A DNA stretch of 64,000 nucleotides from Eledone cirrhosa (taxonomy: Eukaryota), in NCBI GenBank assembly GCA_964016885.1, contig OZ024742.1, forward strand, positions 187,674,001 through 187,738,000, read 5' to 3'. Shown one piece after another: positions 13,525-26,808 of this stretch. The notes beneath the pieces are model-generated. The model did not search any database. It was not told the origin of the DNA and saw nothing but the letters and a program-made list of their open reading frames with translations. The position numbers and the translations under genes were made by a program. Position 1 is the first letter of the stretch; the number at the start of each line of letters is the position of its first letter.

Positions 13525-15889
13525 AGGAAGTTGTAGTTCACTTGAAGCATTGTGTAATGAGATATAAACGTTTGGAGTTGGAAGGCCAAGCCAATGCAGG
13601 TATGGATATAGAATATAAATGTAAATGCAAAAGATATTTTTGACAATTAGTCTTTTACCTTAAATTTATTTAAATATCCTTAATTTTCGAGATAATATCT
13701 CTTCTTCGGAGGGAACTAAAGTGGTTAATCCTGTATTCTAATTAGCTTGCCAAGTCATGTTGACAGAAATGGAATAGAGATTCCATTCTATCTCTAATGT
13801 CAAAGAGTGAAGGTTAGGTGGATAATGAGTAGTCTCCCTTTAAAAGGGATTTTGTACATGTATGTTTAAGTGTGTGGGAGAATACGTGAAGGCGTAAGTA
13901 TGGGTGTGTGTGTGTGACTATGAGAAGATATGTGTATACGTAAATGTGGGGGCTAGTTGCTATATCATGTTAAAACTGGTCTTTGTGTGCGTATGTGTGT
14001 GTGTGAGAGAGAATAAGTGGAGGTGTAAGTGTGTGTGTGTGTGTAGTGAGAGGGGTGGGGGTGTAAGTGTGGGACTAGGTGCTCTATCATGTTATAAATT
14101 GGATGTTGAGTTCTAGTCTATTATTGATTGGTGGTTGTGTTTTGTCTATAATCAGTGCTTCCTTAATTCTAAGATTGCCGAGGTTTCTTTCTTCTTAGTT
14201 TCTCTCCTAACAGTTATGTTTTTGTCGGTGTTTTTGCATTTCACTAGATGTTTCTTAAATGAGAAAGCGTTAGTATTGAGGTGTTCTTTTATTCTTATGT
14301 GAAGTGGTCTGGTGGTGCTACCTACGTAGAAATTGGTGCATTTGTCGCACTCTAATCTGTATACGACGTAAGCCTGGTGGCATATGTCTGTGTCGTTGAT
14401 GGGTCAGTTGGCTAGCCTGCAGCGGCTGTCATATCTGGTGGAGTGTCTTTTAGTCAGCTGTCCACGTAGAGAAGGTCCTGAGTGGGCTAGTTGGCTATCT
14501 AGTCCCTCTCGTCTGATAGCTCTACGGTGGCTGTTGTTGTTTTTTCACTGAAGTGTGGGAGCTTCAGGAAGCAGGTGTTAGTGTCTCGAGTGTGGTGTCC
14601 TCTGTTCTTTCTGGCACGGTCCGTGGTGGACGTCGGGTATCCGTTCAGTTTGAGTACTTCCAGGAAATATGTGGTGTGTGTGTCTCGGTCTCTTGCGTCG
14701 GTGCATTTGAACCGGATACGTTTAGTTCGTTCCTTATGTATCCGAACTTAGCGCCGGCTGGTAGGGCCGATCTGAAATGTATGAACAGGTCCCCGCTGGC
14801 GGCTTTTTTATAGAAGCAGGTGTGGATGGTGCCTTCCTCTGTTACCCTGTGTTGGAAGTCCAGTAGGGATAGGGATCCGCGGTCATCGGGTTATTCCATG
14901 CTGAACTTTATACTGGCGTCCATGCTGGAGAATGTCGTGTATATTTTATCCGCCTCCTCACGGGACGATGTAAGGATGAGTATGTCATCTCCATATCGGG
15001 TGAAGAAGGTATGGTAATGGCAGAGGTTGAGGGCTCAGCATTCTAGCTGGTTCATATAGGTGATGGCCAGCAGGCCCGATAGGCTGGATCCCATGGGTAA
15101 TCCTGTTGTCTGTCTGTATGTGTGGTGGTGGAAGGTGAAGTACGTGCTGTCCACTGTGAAGGACAAAGCTGGTGTATGTCCGTCGGATGGAGACCGTAGC
15201 AGTGGATGTCCTCTGTGACCACGCAGTCCGTCAATAAATCGACAGCTGGATGAGCGGGGACTGTAGTGTAGAAGGAGACAACGTTGAGGCTAAAGGCATA
15301 TCTATTTAGTTTAAGTTCTTCTGTCTGGAGTTGGTGTAGTCTACGTATGACTTCGTCGGAGCTACTGACATGACCGGGCAAAGTGGAGAGTAGAGGCTTG
15401 AGGACCTGGGAGAGAAGCCAGGAGATTTTGATAGGGGTCCTTCTATGCTAGAGACGATGGGTCTTATTTGTGTCTTAGTACTATTCGTGTGGGTCTTGAT
15501 GGGGTGATAGAAAGTGGGCAGTCTGCTATTTCTAGGAGTGTAGTTGAGCTTAACTTTATTTGGGAGTTGTCTTCTCGTACAGATGCCGAACCAGATGGAG
15601 TTGGCTTGTTTTTCGATCTGGGCTGCAGTCATGTCCGGTATCTCTGTATATAGTTCGTTGTCGCTTTGGTGTTCATAGGCTAGTTTGTTGTGTGTGGCTT
15701 AAGAGATGACACGAAACACTTTACCTTTGTCGGATGGTAAGTATATAAGTTCCCTATTCCGCAGGTTCTTCAGGGCGAGTTGTTGTGTTCTGCAGAGGTT
15801 TGGGCTATCTTCTGTTTCCGTAAGATGTTAAGTACGTCACTATTCATCTTTTTCCATTTCTCCGAGGGTTCTTAATCCGACTATCAGGC

Positions 15890-15893
<4 letters not shown>
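13522..15893 (-). mobile_element. 5'-truncated Penelope-like element (RT plus GIY-YIG), second family
   Basis: YLPSDKGK, LPTFYHPIKTH..IRPIVS, SLNVVSFYTTVP, YRQTTGLPMGSSLSG, RYGDDIL and VVYRLECDKCTNFYVGSTTRPLHIRIKEH; frameshifted; (TA)n on both sides. Confidence 0.9.
13674..13716 (-). ncRNA. Type I hammerhead with a core mutation (CCGAAGA)
   Basis: CCCT-CCGAAGA-A-GAGAT(ATT)ATCTC-GAAA-AT-TA-AGG: perfect stem II, palindromic AATT stem III, CCT/AGG stem I, U4>C in the core. Confidence 0.55.
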
Positions 15894-15952
<59 letters not shown>

Positions 15953-16158
15953 CGTTTCTGAATATTTGTTTAGCCGGATTCTTTATCTGAAAACGTGTTG
16001 AAACCGATATTGTTATACTTTGGGAGGGTCATATTGCCAATAAGAAACACACGCACCAGTTTCACTCCAATTTATTATAAATTAAATTCATAAATTTAAG
16101 AATTTATAAATTTCAGGTTGGTTGGTTGGTTCCATAACCGGACGCTTGTTCATATATT

Positions 16159-16201
16159 GTCAAAGTTCTTTCCTCACACATTCTGTGACCTCTTCAGTGA
16201 C
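16159..16201 (-). ncRNA. Type I hammerhead-like motif
   Basis: GTCA-CTGAAGA-GG-TCACA(GAATG)TGTGA-G-GAAA-GAAC-TT-TGAC; stem I GTCA/TGAC; closing pair of stem II mismatched; homologous to 49305-49358. Confidence 0.55.
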
Positions 16202-16419
16202 TGGGGGAATATTTTCTTTTTTTTGTGCCTGTCCTTTGTTCTGTCCTACGCCATCTTGTTTATGTGTGTGTTTTGTGCTTAGTATGCGCATGTGTTACAT
16301 CCGGGTGTCTGTGTGTGTTTTTATTTGTTTATTTATTTGTTTATTTACATGTTACTGGTTGGTTGTTTGTTCTATGTGTGTGTGGGTTTTCATTTTGTCC
16401 TTAATTGTAAGTTGTGATG

Positions 16420-19095
16420 TTGCTATTCCATTCATGTTTTCTATTTAATTTTGGTTGTAGTTCATTTATGTTTATTGCCTTTGTGATTTGTCTAAACATT
16501 GCGTCTTTTCTGTGTGTAGATTCTATTTTTATTTCTATGTTCTCTAATTTGCCCTTACGTTCTATTTTAGCATGTTGGTGGAGTATTGATGATTCTTTTT
16601 TATCTTGAACTTCTCGCCAGTGTTCATTTAACCGTTCTCATATACTACGAACTGTCTCACCTATGTACACTATATTCTTATCTTTTCATTGTCCTTCAGT
16701 ACATCTTATGCTATATACTACATTTCTAGTTTTACATTTAATATCGGGATTTAGTTTACAGATTATGCATTTCTTATCTATACAGGGAGGTCTTTCAAAA
16801 GGGCATGTATTGCTAATAAGTGTTTTTATGGAGGTACCTGGTCTTTCTACTATCTTAATATTAAGTTTAAGTTTATCTAGGGCCCTTCTAAATTTGTAAG
16901 CTAATTCACCTCTAGGGGTTGTATTGATGAACATTACACTCTGGTAGTTATTGCTATCATGCCATGAGTTTATTCTATTAACCTTATTCCTAGTTCTTTT
17001 ATTCTATTCCAAAATGTGCTCCTATACAAGGGGCAGGTCCCATTTGTATCATTATTTACCATTTTTCCCCATTTGGTTCTGGCTCCTCTATATACTTTGA
17101 TTTTATCTCTCTGATTGTAACCAGAGAACTGCATACGGTGGATGAAGTGTTGTATGTGTCTCTCTAGTTCTTTGGGGTTGCACATGCGGGACACAACTCT
17201 CATCACCCGTACCAAATACGCAATCAGTATGTTGATTTTGGTATGGTCCGAAACGGCCGAGTTTCGGTGGATCAGATGTTTGGAAGTCATGGGTTTGACA
17301 TAATGGGAATGGAGGATTTGTTTTTTGTTATTAATGGTTTCTACGCAGAGCTCCGTGTCTAATACAGGTAATATATGGTTGGGGTGGTTGTTAGGGTAAT
17401 CTATAGTAACTCTAATACTCTGGTGGATGGAGTTAGTTATTTGCTGGATGCTTTCCATGGCGTTTTTCTCTAATTCCTGACTGTTCTCTAGTGGGGGTGT
17501 TTTTACTACGATGTTTATATCATCAACGTAGCGGGAGTACATTATCAGGGTTGAAAGTTTGCATCTAATTGTTCTTTAAGTTTAATTTAAAGTTTATTGT
17601 CCCACCATACCATGAATACGTTAGCTATGTCAGCTGCAATGCTAACACCAATGGCTGCTCCCTCCTCTTGGGTATATGTTTTTCCATTAAATTTGAACAT
17701 ATGTTCCTTAAGGGTTAGTTTTATACTGGCCCCCACCGCATGTGCAATCATTTTCTTTAGTTCATCGTGGTTTTCGGGGGTATGTATGGTTCTGGTCCAC
17801 GCGTTCCATCTTTCTGTGAGGGTTTTCTTGGCCATTGAGGTAATGGCAGGTGGTCTGCCTCTGGCTGGTCTTGTAGGGTACAGGTTGCTAAGGTTATACG
17901 TATCTAGATAATCATTACTATAAGTAAGTTTAAGTAGGTGTCCCAGCTCACTGGTATCAATCCCACGGAATTCAACATTGCTCTCACTGATCATCTCTAC
18001 GCATTTCTCCACAACAAAATCCACGTCAATGGATGGATATCGGGACACAACATCCATACTACCTATTATACAGTATGTCAGGTCGCTAGATCGGTTATTT
18101 TTGCTGATTCTGCGGATGAGGTCCCCCGTGCTGTCACATACACCTGGGGACATTTCAATGATGGGGCGTATGATCAAGGAGAGGAAGTAGGAAAGTCTGT
18201 AGTTACTAGCAATGTTAGCTCCACAGACTGGCTGTGTTGTGGGTCCTGTGACAGGGTCACTACTCGTCTTATGCTCTTTTCGAAGTCCATACAACGCTGG
18301 CACGTCATTGTTCCAGGCCTGGAAGTTGTTGGCAGTCCTTATCTTGGGCTGCATTATGTTTGTCCACATCATCATATGGGCATTAGGGGTTTTCTCTCTA
18401 TCCTCATGCTCTTGTCGTGTTACTTCTCTTGTGTTAGTGATGTGGGGTTGCATTGCCTGGATGTAGTTTGACAGACTGTCAACCGACATTCTGCCGGACT
18501 TTTCTGTTGGGAAGCATGCAATCTTTCCATTACGCGAGCGCTGCATGAGCTTATGCAAGCCCTTTGCAGATTTTTCTACCAGTTGCTGGGTCTCCATTCT
18601 ATTTTGCTTCTTGCTATACTGTTCTATAATATTTCTAAGTTTAGATCTAGCTAAACTAAATTGTGCTTCTGTTAGTTCATCGAACTGCGACGGCAATTGC
18701 GTGCGTTTGTTAAAAGCTAAAGTCGTGTGGTGGACTCGTCTTAGGACGAAGGACATACCGGAAGGATTATAACAAGTAGAATTCCAGGCTGTTGTTTTAT
18801 GTGTACTATTGCTATTGTTATTGTTAGTTGTGTTATTTCTATTTCTATTTCCACCAACAGCCTCATGGCTGTTTCTATGTCTCTCGTTATTACTCCTGTC
18901 TCTTTCCTCTGGCTCATTGTTATCAATTACTCTATTTTGTGTGTCTGTGTGTTCGTCCTGGTTATTTTCTCTGTCAGTAACGATAGTCTCCTTTTTCCTT
19001 TCATTCCCATTGCCTTCCCGTACTTCTGTGTTACTGTAATTACTTGTTTTCTGTGTCTTTGTGTTTGTTAAGATGGTGGTGGTGGTGAGAGGCAT
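16420..19095 (-). pseudogene. PLE polyprotein (RT plus Cys-rich linker plus GIY-YIG), frameshifted
   Basis: PTEKSGR, PALYGLRKEHK, GSMDVVSRYPSID, FKFNGKTYTQEEGAAIG, YSRYVDD, LPVLD, CIDKKCIIC..CKTRNVVYSIRC..YIGET, RQITKAI..LNRKHEW. Confidence 0.9.
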
Positions 19096-19377
19096 AGAAT
19101 GTGCGTGTGTTGTTGTTGTTGTTGTTGGTGTGTGCTGTTGTTGGCGTGTGTTGTTGGTGTTGTCTCCGTGTATGTTGTTATTGTTGTGTGTGTTGATGTT
19201 GTTATTGTTGTTTGTGTCTGTGTGTCTGTTGTTGTTGTCTCCGAGTATTTTATTATTGTTGATATGTGTGTTGTTATCGTTGTTTGTGTATGTGTGTCTG
19301 TTGTTGTTGGGATGTGTGTTGTATGTGTGTGTGTGCGTATGTTGTTACTTTTGTTTTTGTGTTTGGTTTTGAGGCTC

Positions 19378-19660
19378 CAACTTAAACTTACTTATAGTAA
19401 TGATTATCTAGATACGTATGACCTTACCAACCTCTGCCCCAAAAGGCCAGCAAGAGGCAGACCACCTACCATTACCTCAATGGCCAAGAAAACCCACACA
19501 GAAAGATGGAACGGGTGGACCAGAGCCATACGGACCCCCGAAAACCACTAAAGAAAAGGATTGTACATGCGGTGGGGGCCAGTATAAAACTAATCCTTAA
19601 GGAACATATGTTCAAATTTAATGGAAAAACATATGTCCAAGAGGAGGGAGCAGCCATTGG
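19378..19660 (+). mobile_element. Inverted duplicate of an internal RT segment (~17649-17936) at the 5' end of the same PLE
   Basis: LKLTYSNDYLDTY..RGRPP..KEHMFKFNGKTY.QEEGAAIG repeated on the opposite strand and ending at (TA)n. Confidence 0.9.
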
Positions 19661-19663
19661 CTG

Positions 19664-19728
<65 letters not shown>

Positions 19729-20866
19729 TGACGCTCAGGAGTTTCACCTCATAGAGAAGATACTCAGCCGTCAACTACATAAGGTTATACACAGACATAC
19801 ACACATGCACGTTTTTTTCATTAATGTTACTGTTTCTTACATTCAAGTGTTGTCTATGGATGAGAATGTGTGTGTGTGGGGGGGGGGGGGTTATACTGGT
19901 ATGTCTTATTTAACATGAAATCTCCTGATGGTGAGGCGTGGCATCTTTAAAGGTTAGAATTATTTCTATATATTCCACTAGACATTAGATGCTGTAATGG
20001 AATAATCTATCGTCAAAAGTGTAAATTAAAACCTAAATATGTAACCGGAATATTTAGAACCGTTATATTCTCATGGTAATAATTCATGAAAAAGTACACA
20101 ATATCTACAGCCGTCACTTGCAATCTACTATGACATATTTCCGGTAAGAGGTTTTAGTGTCCCTGCTGTCGCAAACAAAGACAGACACTCTCAAAGCATG
20201 GATTTAGCTGCAACATCCAAGATGTGACAGGTGGAAGGAAGGAAAGTAAGCTGCACCGGGGTTCAGCTGACATTTTTTATTTTCCATATCGACCTGAAAA
20301 TGATGAACGGAAAAGTGGCCCTCAAAACGGAAAGACACCAAAACAAATAGTCAACGCTTTAACGACTCTAGCAAACCAACCTAATGATAAAGGAACAATA
20401 TTGACCAAAGTTAAATATAGGTTATGTACATCACAGCAAATTTTTACAATAATGTAAAACGGCAAAATATAGAAACGGGACAAATATATGTCAAAATGAT
20501 TTCTCTTTTTTAATACAGACCTTATGATTATGGTATTATAGTTATTACAGATATGTTCACGAAGTATTTTCATCTCATCCACAGAATCCATTAGCACTTA
20601 ACTTTCTTTGTTATAACGTGATATTGGATTTGTTGTACTTAATACAAGAATCATTAATATCTATTTATAGTTGACATTTATTTTTTAACACACAATAACA
20701 GATACATGCAGAAACACACATACAAGCACACAGAAAATCATGTTTTATTGTATAAATATATCCTCTTTGCATGTGCTATTTCAGGCTTCATATCACTTAT
20801 TTTATCTCTTTACTATTTTACTATGGCTCCATAGATATGTTTCCTCTCAATTTAATTGTCGAGCCC

Positions 20867-20938
<72 letters not shown>

Positions 20939-22879
20939 CTCTCGTGTACACCAAAATATCATTTCTTTTATATACATTGACATTCAATATATACATAATG
21001 TCTTCTACAAGTGAAAACTATTGCATCAATGGAAGTCATAAAAACGTTGTGCCGCTTACTTACTTCTGCATTGACTTTTAAATAGGAAGATTATTCCAGC
21101 TAGAATATGTCTATATTAATATCAGAGGAAACTGGCAATCGTAACTAGGGCAAGTGTAGTTTTCCATAGTTCACTTTGAAGGGATTTAATTGATCATATA
21201 GACTCCAATATTTGTTCTATTCACTTTATCGATCACTATTTGTCGAGTGGTATACACATTTATCTTTCATCCTTTCCAGGTCGATAAAAAGTACCAGTGT
21301 AATACTGGGGCGATCCTTCCTTGATATCACTTTGTCACTTCCTCTCTCTATCTTTCTCTGGAAGAAATTTGCTCTAGTTGGGCCTGGAGAGGGATGGGGT
21401 ATGCCAGCCTTAAAATGCCTAAGAAACACCGTATGTCAATACGGTAACCCTACGAATTCATTAGGATTTACGGGATCATACATACACAGAGTAAATTTAA
21501 ACTCACCACTCACTCACTCATGACACCAAACTCCACTCACTCCCTCCACCAAAATCTACTCACTCACTCACTCACAATGGATTCGTGATGGCGTTGCTCT
21601 AGTAAAAATCAATTTCCGAAAATGTCACCCTAGGGAACTGTATCCGTAACCACGTGGTTGCTAACATCTCACCTCCATCTCTGTAACAACACTGTCATGT
21701 CTGCAGTTTACAACGTTTATACCATGTTATATTATGCAAAAATGATCAGCAGAAAATATTTCCTATATATATATTTATATGTATTGATTAGATATTATCT
21801 GTATAAGACTAAATCATAACAGCACGTACATTTATTTAATATTGTCAATATTTATATCTGGAAAGAAGTAAAAACAAGATGGTTAATGTCCGTATCATTC
21901 TCTACAGAGAAAATCAAATTTAGAAAATGGAGGAAGAAAGTGATTTTGCTATTTAAATCACTCTGACGTCTATTTCTATCTAAATCACATAAACAAAGAT
22001 ATCAACTGTCAAATTACTTTAGGTAGATCTTCATTTGCTTGTTATTTGACAACTAATGATGATAAAAGAGATAGCAGTCTTATATATGATATGACTGGGT
22101 CATATTTCCCGCTGCGACGTCTTACATTTCTTGTCTCTTTGGCGTTCCTAGTATCAACTGTTTATTACATTCGTTTCTTTATGGGAAAGTTAACTATGTA
22201 TAAACATATACACCGTACACACACACATATACATGTAATATATATGTATGTGTGTGTATGTGTGTGCGTGTGTATGTATGCATGTGTATGTGTTTATATG
22301 CATATGTATGTAGGTTGTGTCTATGTTTTGTATCATATGAATGATACAGCATGCACTCACTAATATCATATATTGCTCGTTTTCTATGAAATAGTATGTC
22401 TATACTAAAACTAAGTGAAGTCATATTTCAACAGATACATTGGAAGATGATGATATCGTACGTCTAAACTAAAAACTAATAGCTTAGAAGGCGAGGATAA
22501 TGTTAACAACGTTTACGCGAGAGTATTCAACAAACTCTTTAGTAAAAAAGAAAATATTATTTACAACACAGTTAGCAACATTCTGATGACCGTTGAAACA
22601 CTTTCCATTTTTGACAAAATAACTTACAATGTAATATTTCTGTGTTGACTTTGAAATACATTTTTTATATTTATAGTTGCCAGTCAGATGACAAATTTTT
22701 ATATTTATAGTTGCCAGTCAGATGATAAATTTTTGTTTCCACTGACATTATATCTTACGTAATATCATTAGCAATTTCAATTCTTCACAAAATTATGGTT
22801 TTGTCGTCATGAGTCTAACGACAGAATTCGCCCTTCGTCATAGATGTTCTATATGAATGACTCTATTACTCTATTACGT

Positions 22880-23170
22880 GTTTCAGGCTGAGGTCATTGA
22901 CGCTACACTATCTACAGCCAGCTTTCCTTGGTTGGCCATTGAATCAAAAGGGAGGTTGTTGCTGCCTCGTGCTGTGGGTTCATCCAGGATCTTGGTCAGC
23001 AGGATGTCGAACTGTCTTTTGTAAACATCTACATGGTGAGCATGTAGATCTCTCAGATGTTTTGTCAGCTTATTAAAAAGCTGTGGAACATTGAACCCCA
23101 GGTTATAGCGGTATGTGTTCCTTATCCCGATATGACGGATGGGACATTTGGCAGTACACATTGGCGTCAT
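22880..23170 (-). mobile_element. CR1/L2-group LINE 3' fragment
   Basis: NLGFNVPQLFNKLTKHLRDLH..VDVYKRQFDILLTKILDEP resembles the C-terminus of CR1-group ORF2. Confidence 0.65.
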
Positions 23171-23219
23171 GGCAGCCTCGCTCAGTAGCTCATCTCTTTC
23201 ATTGAAGGAATCCTCTCGG

Positions 23220-23439
23220 TGTAGCCTCGTTGGATTGATTCATGTTCTGTAGTTAGTTTTATACTGTGGTGCAACCAGAGCTGGGAGCAATAGTACAGAT
23301 GGCTGAGGACAAATATCCTCCAGTGGACCAATATCGTTTCTGGGTCTCAGAATCCAACCGCCAGTCGTCTGAGCATTGCAGAACATGTGCGAGAGTACGA
23401 CACCCCCCGCTCCTGGCGAGAATGGGCTGGACCACTACA
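23220..23439 (+). mobile_element. Possible LTR remnant with a PBS-like sequence downstream
   Basis: TGTAG...CTACA inverted termini followed by TTTAAATAGTAGCGACC; no coding remnant recognised. Confidence 0.25.
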
Positions 23440-23975
23440 TTTAAATAGTAGCGACCTGGGTAAGTTGGAGAGTTGGGTACTAGTTCCACAGTTCATGTGT
23501 TGATAATTAACGGTAGTGTTCAATTTCACAGTTCGAGTTAGCATGTTTGATTCATAACAGATTCTTGTTCCGTTACGTGTGGTTATTTCCGTTTGTTTCG
23601 ATTATATTATTACACTGTTGCAGTGTATTCGTTTATCCATAAGGACATAACAGGACATTTATTTATTTTATTTCATTCATTATATATTTTGTCTGCGTTT
23701 TGTAGTGCTTGTTTCTCTTGTCCTTAGTCTTAAACTACTTGAGGACAGTGTTTAACTAACTTGTTAGACATTGTCACCCCATATAGACCGGCTGTACTGG
23801 GTTTCGAATTGTTTATGTACATTCCGACAGCTGACCAGCAAGGAGATGTCTTTTTCATAATTGTGTATCGTCTGGATACTATTTAGTCCCTGTTCTTGCA
23901 TCTGATGCCAATTATATACCCACTCTGTATATGATTATAAATTTCAGTGTGGATGTGGGTATATGAAATTGTGTT

Positions 23976-24014
<39 letters not shown>

Positions 24015-24137
24015 GTTATATATGAATTAGTTTGTATGTGTGTGTATGAATTTCCGTGTCTGTGTGTTAATCATTTCTGTACATACAATAATGTCTGAAA
24101 CCAGCTTTGACGAATTATTTTGTTTTATATTTTTCAG

Positions 24138-24197
24138 GTAAGACCACTAAATTTGGCTTTATATATCCTCGAGGAAATGACAGATAAACCGTGTCAG
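24138..24197 (+). other. Candidate 60-nt host exon or recursive splice site
   Basis: Strong acceptor TTTTATATTTTTCAG, open frame VRPLNLALYILEEMTDKPCQ, donor CAG|GTATTG; the exon itself begins GTAAGA. Confidence 0.3.
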
Positions 24198-25314
24198 GTA
24201 TTGCTTAATTGTAATGTTACAACATTGTTTTATATTTTCCTCCTTGATGTTTCGTACTTTACACTTGGCAGAAGATAAAAATGCTTAATAAAAATTAAAA
24301 TCGTGATTACCAATTACTATTAGTAGCAAATAGAAGATATTTGAGTGTCAATTTAAAATGCTTCATGGTCTTTCTCCACTCTGTGTTCAAATCCCTTCGA
24401 GGGCAACATTGCAGTTTACTGTCGATAAAATAAAGTACCATTCCTGGATGTTGGATTAGTAAAAGTGTAACATGGTGACTAGCAGTATATATTTCGGCAC
24501 TTTCCTTCTAAGTTCGCCTGGGACGACACTGAAGCAAGCCGTATCGACATTTTTCCACCTCTTAGTCATCACCGCATGTAGTTTATATAGTGTTTATGAG
24601 TTTGAACACACATGCGAACCTGTATCGGACTTTCCCTTGGATAACATCGATGGTGTAAAGAAAGGAGTGAGAAATGTAACAGTGTCTTCGTGTGTTCTAC
24701 AAATCACTTTGTCCAGGGTTGTCCCTTGGAGAAGAAAGTTCTAACAACACACCCATGGCCAGCTATCATCGGAGAGGACATTAAATACCCTTAACGATGC
24801 AGTTTCCTGTAATTATAAACGAATATGACCAAAATAGAATTACTAAAAGACTTTCAAAAATGTGTATAGTATAGACTGATAACGTATACATCACAAGGCA
24901 CAGATTTAAAATACAATGTAATACAATTTTATAAATATTACGGGCCTAATATTTTAGGCAATGCATTTAATTATACAGAAAACAAACATTATGTATAGGA
25001 AATAGGCTATAGAAACAGACATCACATACAACGATATATACGTCCATGCTTCAGTAGATATGTCCACTGAGCTCATCTTCCTGTATGATGGAATCAGATA
25101 ACTGACAGTGTTATATATGTGCTAATGGATTTATATTTATGTATGTATGGACCCATAACTCCCGATGGAATCGTAGTGACTCCGTATTGATATACAGCTT
25201 TTCTAGAGAAATTGTAAACTTGGTGAAGCCCACTCCTTTCGAGGTTTAATAAACAGATTTCTTCCAAAGAAGGTTAGAAAGTGAGGGAGTGAATGGAAGT
25301 AAGAATGAGATATA

Positions 25315-25480
25315 GAGGAGGAATCAACTCCAGTACTCAACTGGTACTTTATATCGACCTATAATTGATGAAAGGCAAAGTTGACCTAGACGGGATGTAA
25401 ACTGAGAGATCAGACAGAGTGCCGAAACGAATCGTCAAAGCATTTTATCCGACGTTCTAATTACCCTGCGAATTCGCCAC
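25315..25480 (-). mobile_element. Degenerate SINE family A
   Basis: CTGGTACTTTATATCGAC..GATGAAAGGCAAAGTTGACC core. Confidence 0.65.
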
Positions 25481-26703
25481 CTCTGGGTCTATATTTAGCT
25501 CTCGGCAAATATTACACGTTCTTTAAACACACACACAAGCAAATCCATGGGCACATCGTAATGTCGTATATTGGTGTCAGATCTTACCACAAACTCCACA
25601 CTCCATGCTGGTCCCATGATGTTTTCCACGTTTCTCCTTCTCAAGTCGGTCAAACCGCGAATGACAACCCCCACTGACACGCACCTCGTCCTCCATTCGT
25701 TCTTCTGCCATACGTCTCTATATGATTATAGACGAACAAAGACAGTATTGCTTGCAATGGAAATATTAAGACCAAGCATGACTGTATCAGCATTGACAAC
25801 AGTCATCTTACTGATAGAACAATTATTTCTTCTGTCGCTTTAAACATGTTACAAAACTTTTGTGGAACACCGCTCTCTGTTCAACCACATATTTCAGTCA
25901 CGTCATTTCACTATGAAACTATTTTATTATAAAACTAATAGAAAAAATCAAACCTTGGGAGTATATTTAAAAAAATATATTTTAATAAATCATTTATTGA
26001 ATATGTAAAGCTGACCGATTTACGAGCAACAGTTAACTTTTATTATTTGACTTCAAAAGGGCCCTTAGACCTCGTTTGGCTTAGTTTCCACTTTCGGTTT
26101 TCATAGGGTCCCCATACGGCTGGCAACACCCATGTGAGAATCAATATTTTAAATAATTATTTTAAAACTAACAACATGAGTATTGAAAGATTTGTTCAAT
26201 GCAGATAAAAGAAATCGTTGCTAAGTCAATTTAGTTTGGAAAATAATTTCGAAGCAGGAAAATAAATTATACAACCACAAAAGACTTTAATCTAAACCAT
26301 AGCGTTGACTAATATAATTAAGAAATGAGTAAACCACTTATAAAGGTTAAACAGTAAAACAAATAGCTCAAAGAGGAAATTAATTTGTTAGGTACTGAAG
26401 TTTCGATATTTGATTTAATCGCTTTGATAATTTTGGCAAATAATTCTTCTGGAAGACACCTGATTATTTTCCAAGGATATAGTTAACCATGTTAGTGTAT
26501 AATTATAGAGAATATATTTTAGGCAGAACATATCACATAAAGTTTAACAGTATTTGATCTCTTGTGAGAATGAATGATGTGAACAGGGTTCACCGAGCTG
26601 TCTCTATCGCCCCTCTTTATTCCCCTCTCTCTACCCCTCTCCCTTTCCCCTTTCCCATCTCCCCATTTATATCTACCCTCTCTATCTGCCCTCTCTCTCT
26701 CTC

Positions 26704-26808
26704 CCAGGGTCGATGAAATAAAGTACCAGTAACGCACTGTGTTCGATTTAATCGACTTTCCCCTACCCTTCAAATTTCTGGCCTTGAGTCAAAAGTAGAA
26801 ACAATTAT
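26704..26808 (+). mobile_element. SINE family A 3' fragment
   Basis: GGGTCGATGAAATAAAGTACCAG..GTAGAAACAATTAT. Confidence 0.7.

Larger units (their letters stand above)
15951..19370 (-). mobile_element. Near full-length Penelope-like element, third family
   Basis: Broken ORF set at 16420-19095, a 3' UTR with an HHR-like motif, and a 3' end at (TA)n. Confidence 0.9.

Noticed and set aside
14404-14406. In-frame TGA at an expected Cys of the PLE zinc motif (CRLAN*PI), suggesting selenocysteine recoding
   Set aside because: The copy has other stops and frameshifts, a single substitution explains the codon, and no SECIS was recognised. Revisit only if the family consensus has TGA.
11230-19370. 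Same orientation of three consecutive PLEs as evidence of strand bias
   Set aside because: Three in the same orientation has probability 1/4 by chance, and other PLEs in the window are on the + strand.
22583-22610. CTGATGA-CCGTT-GAAA-CACTTT hammerhead-like string
   Set aside because: Stem II cannot form and there is no stem I; probably chance.
25042-25080. Possible minus-strand micro-exon
   Set aside because: Weak acceptor, and the phase gives a stop if joined to the 51688 donor.
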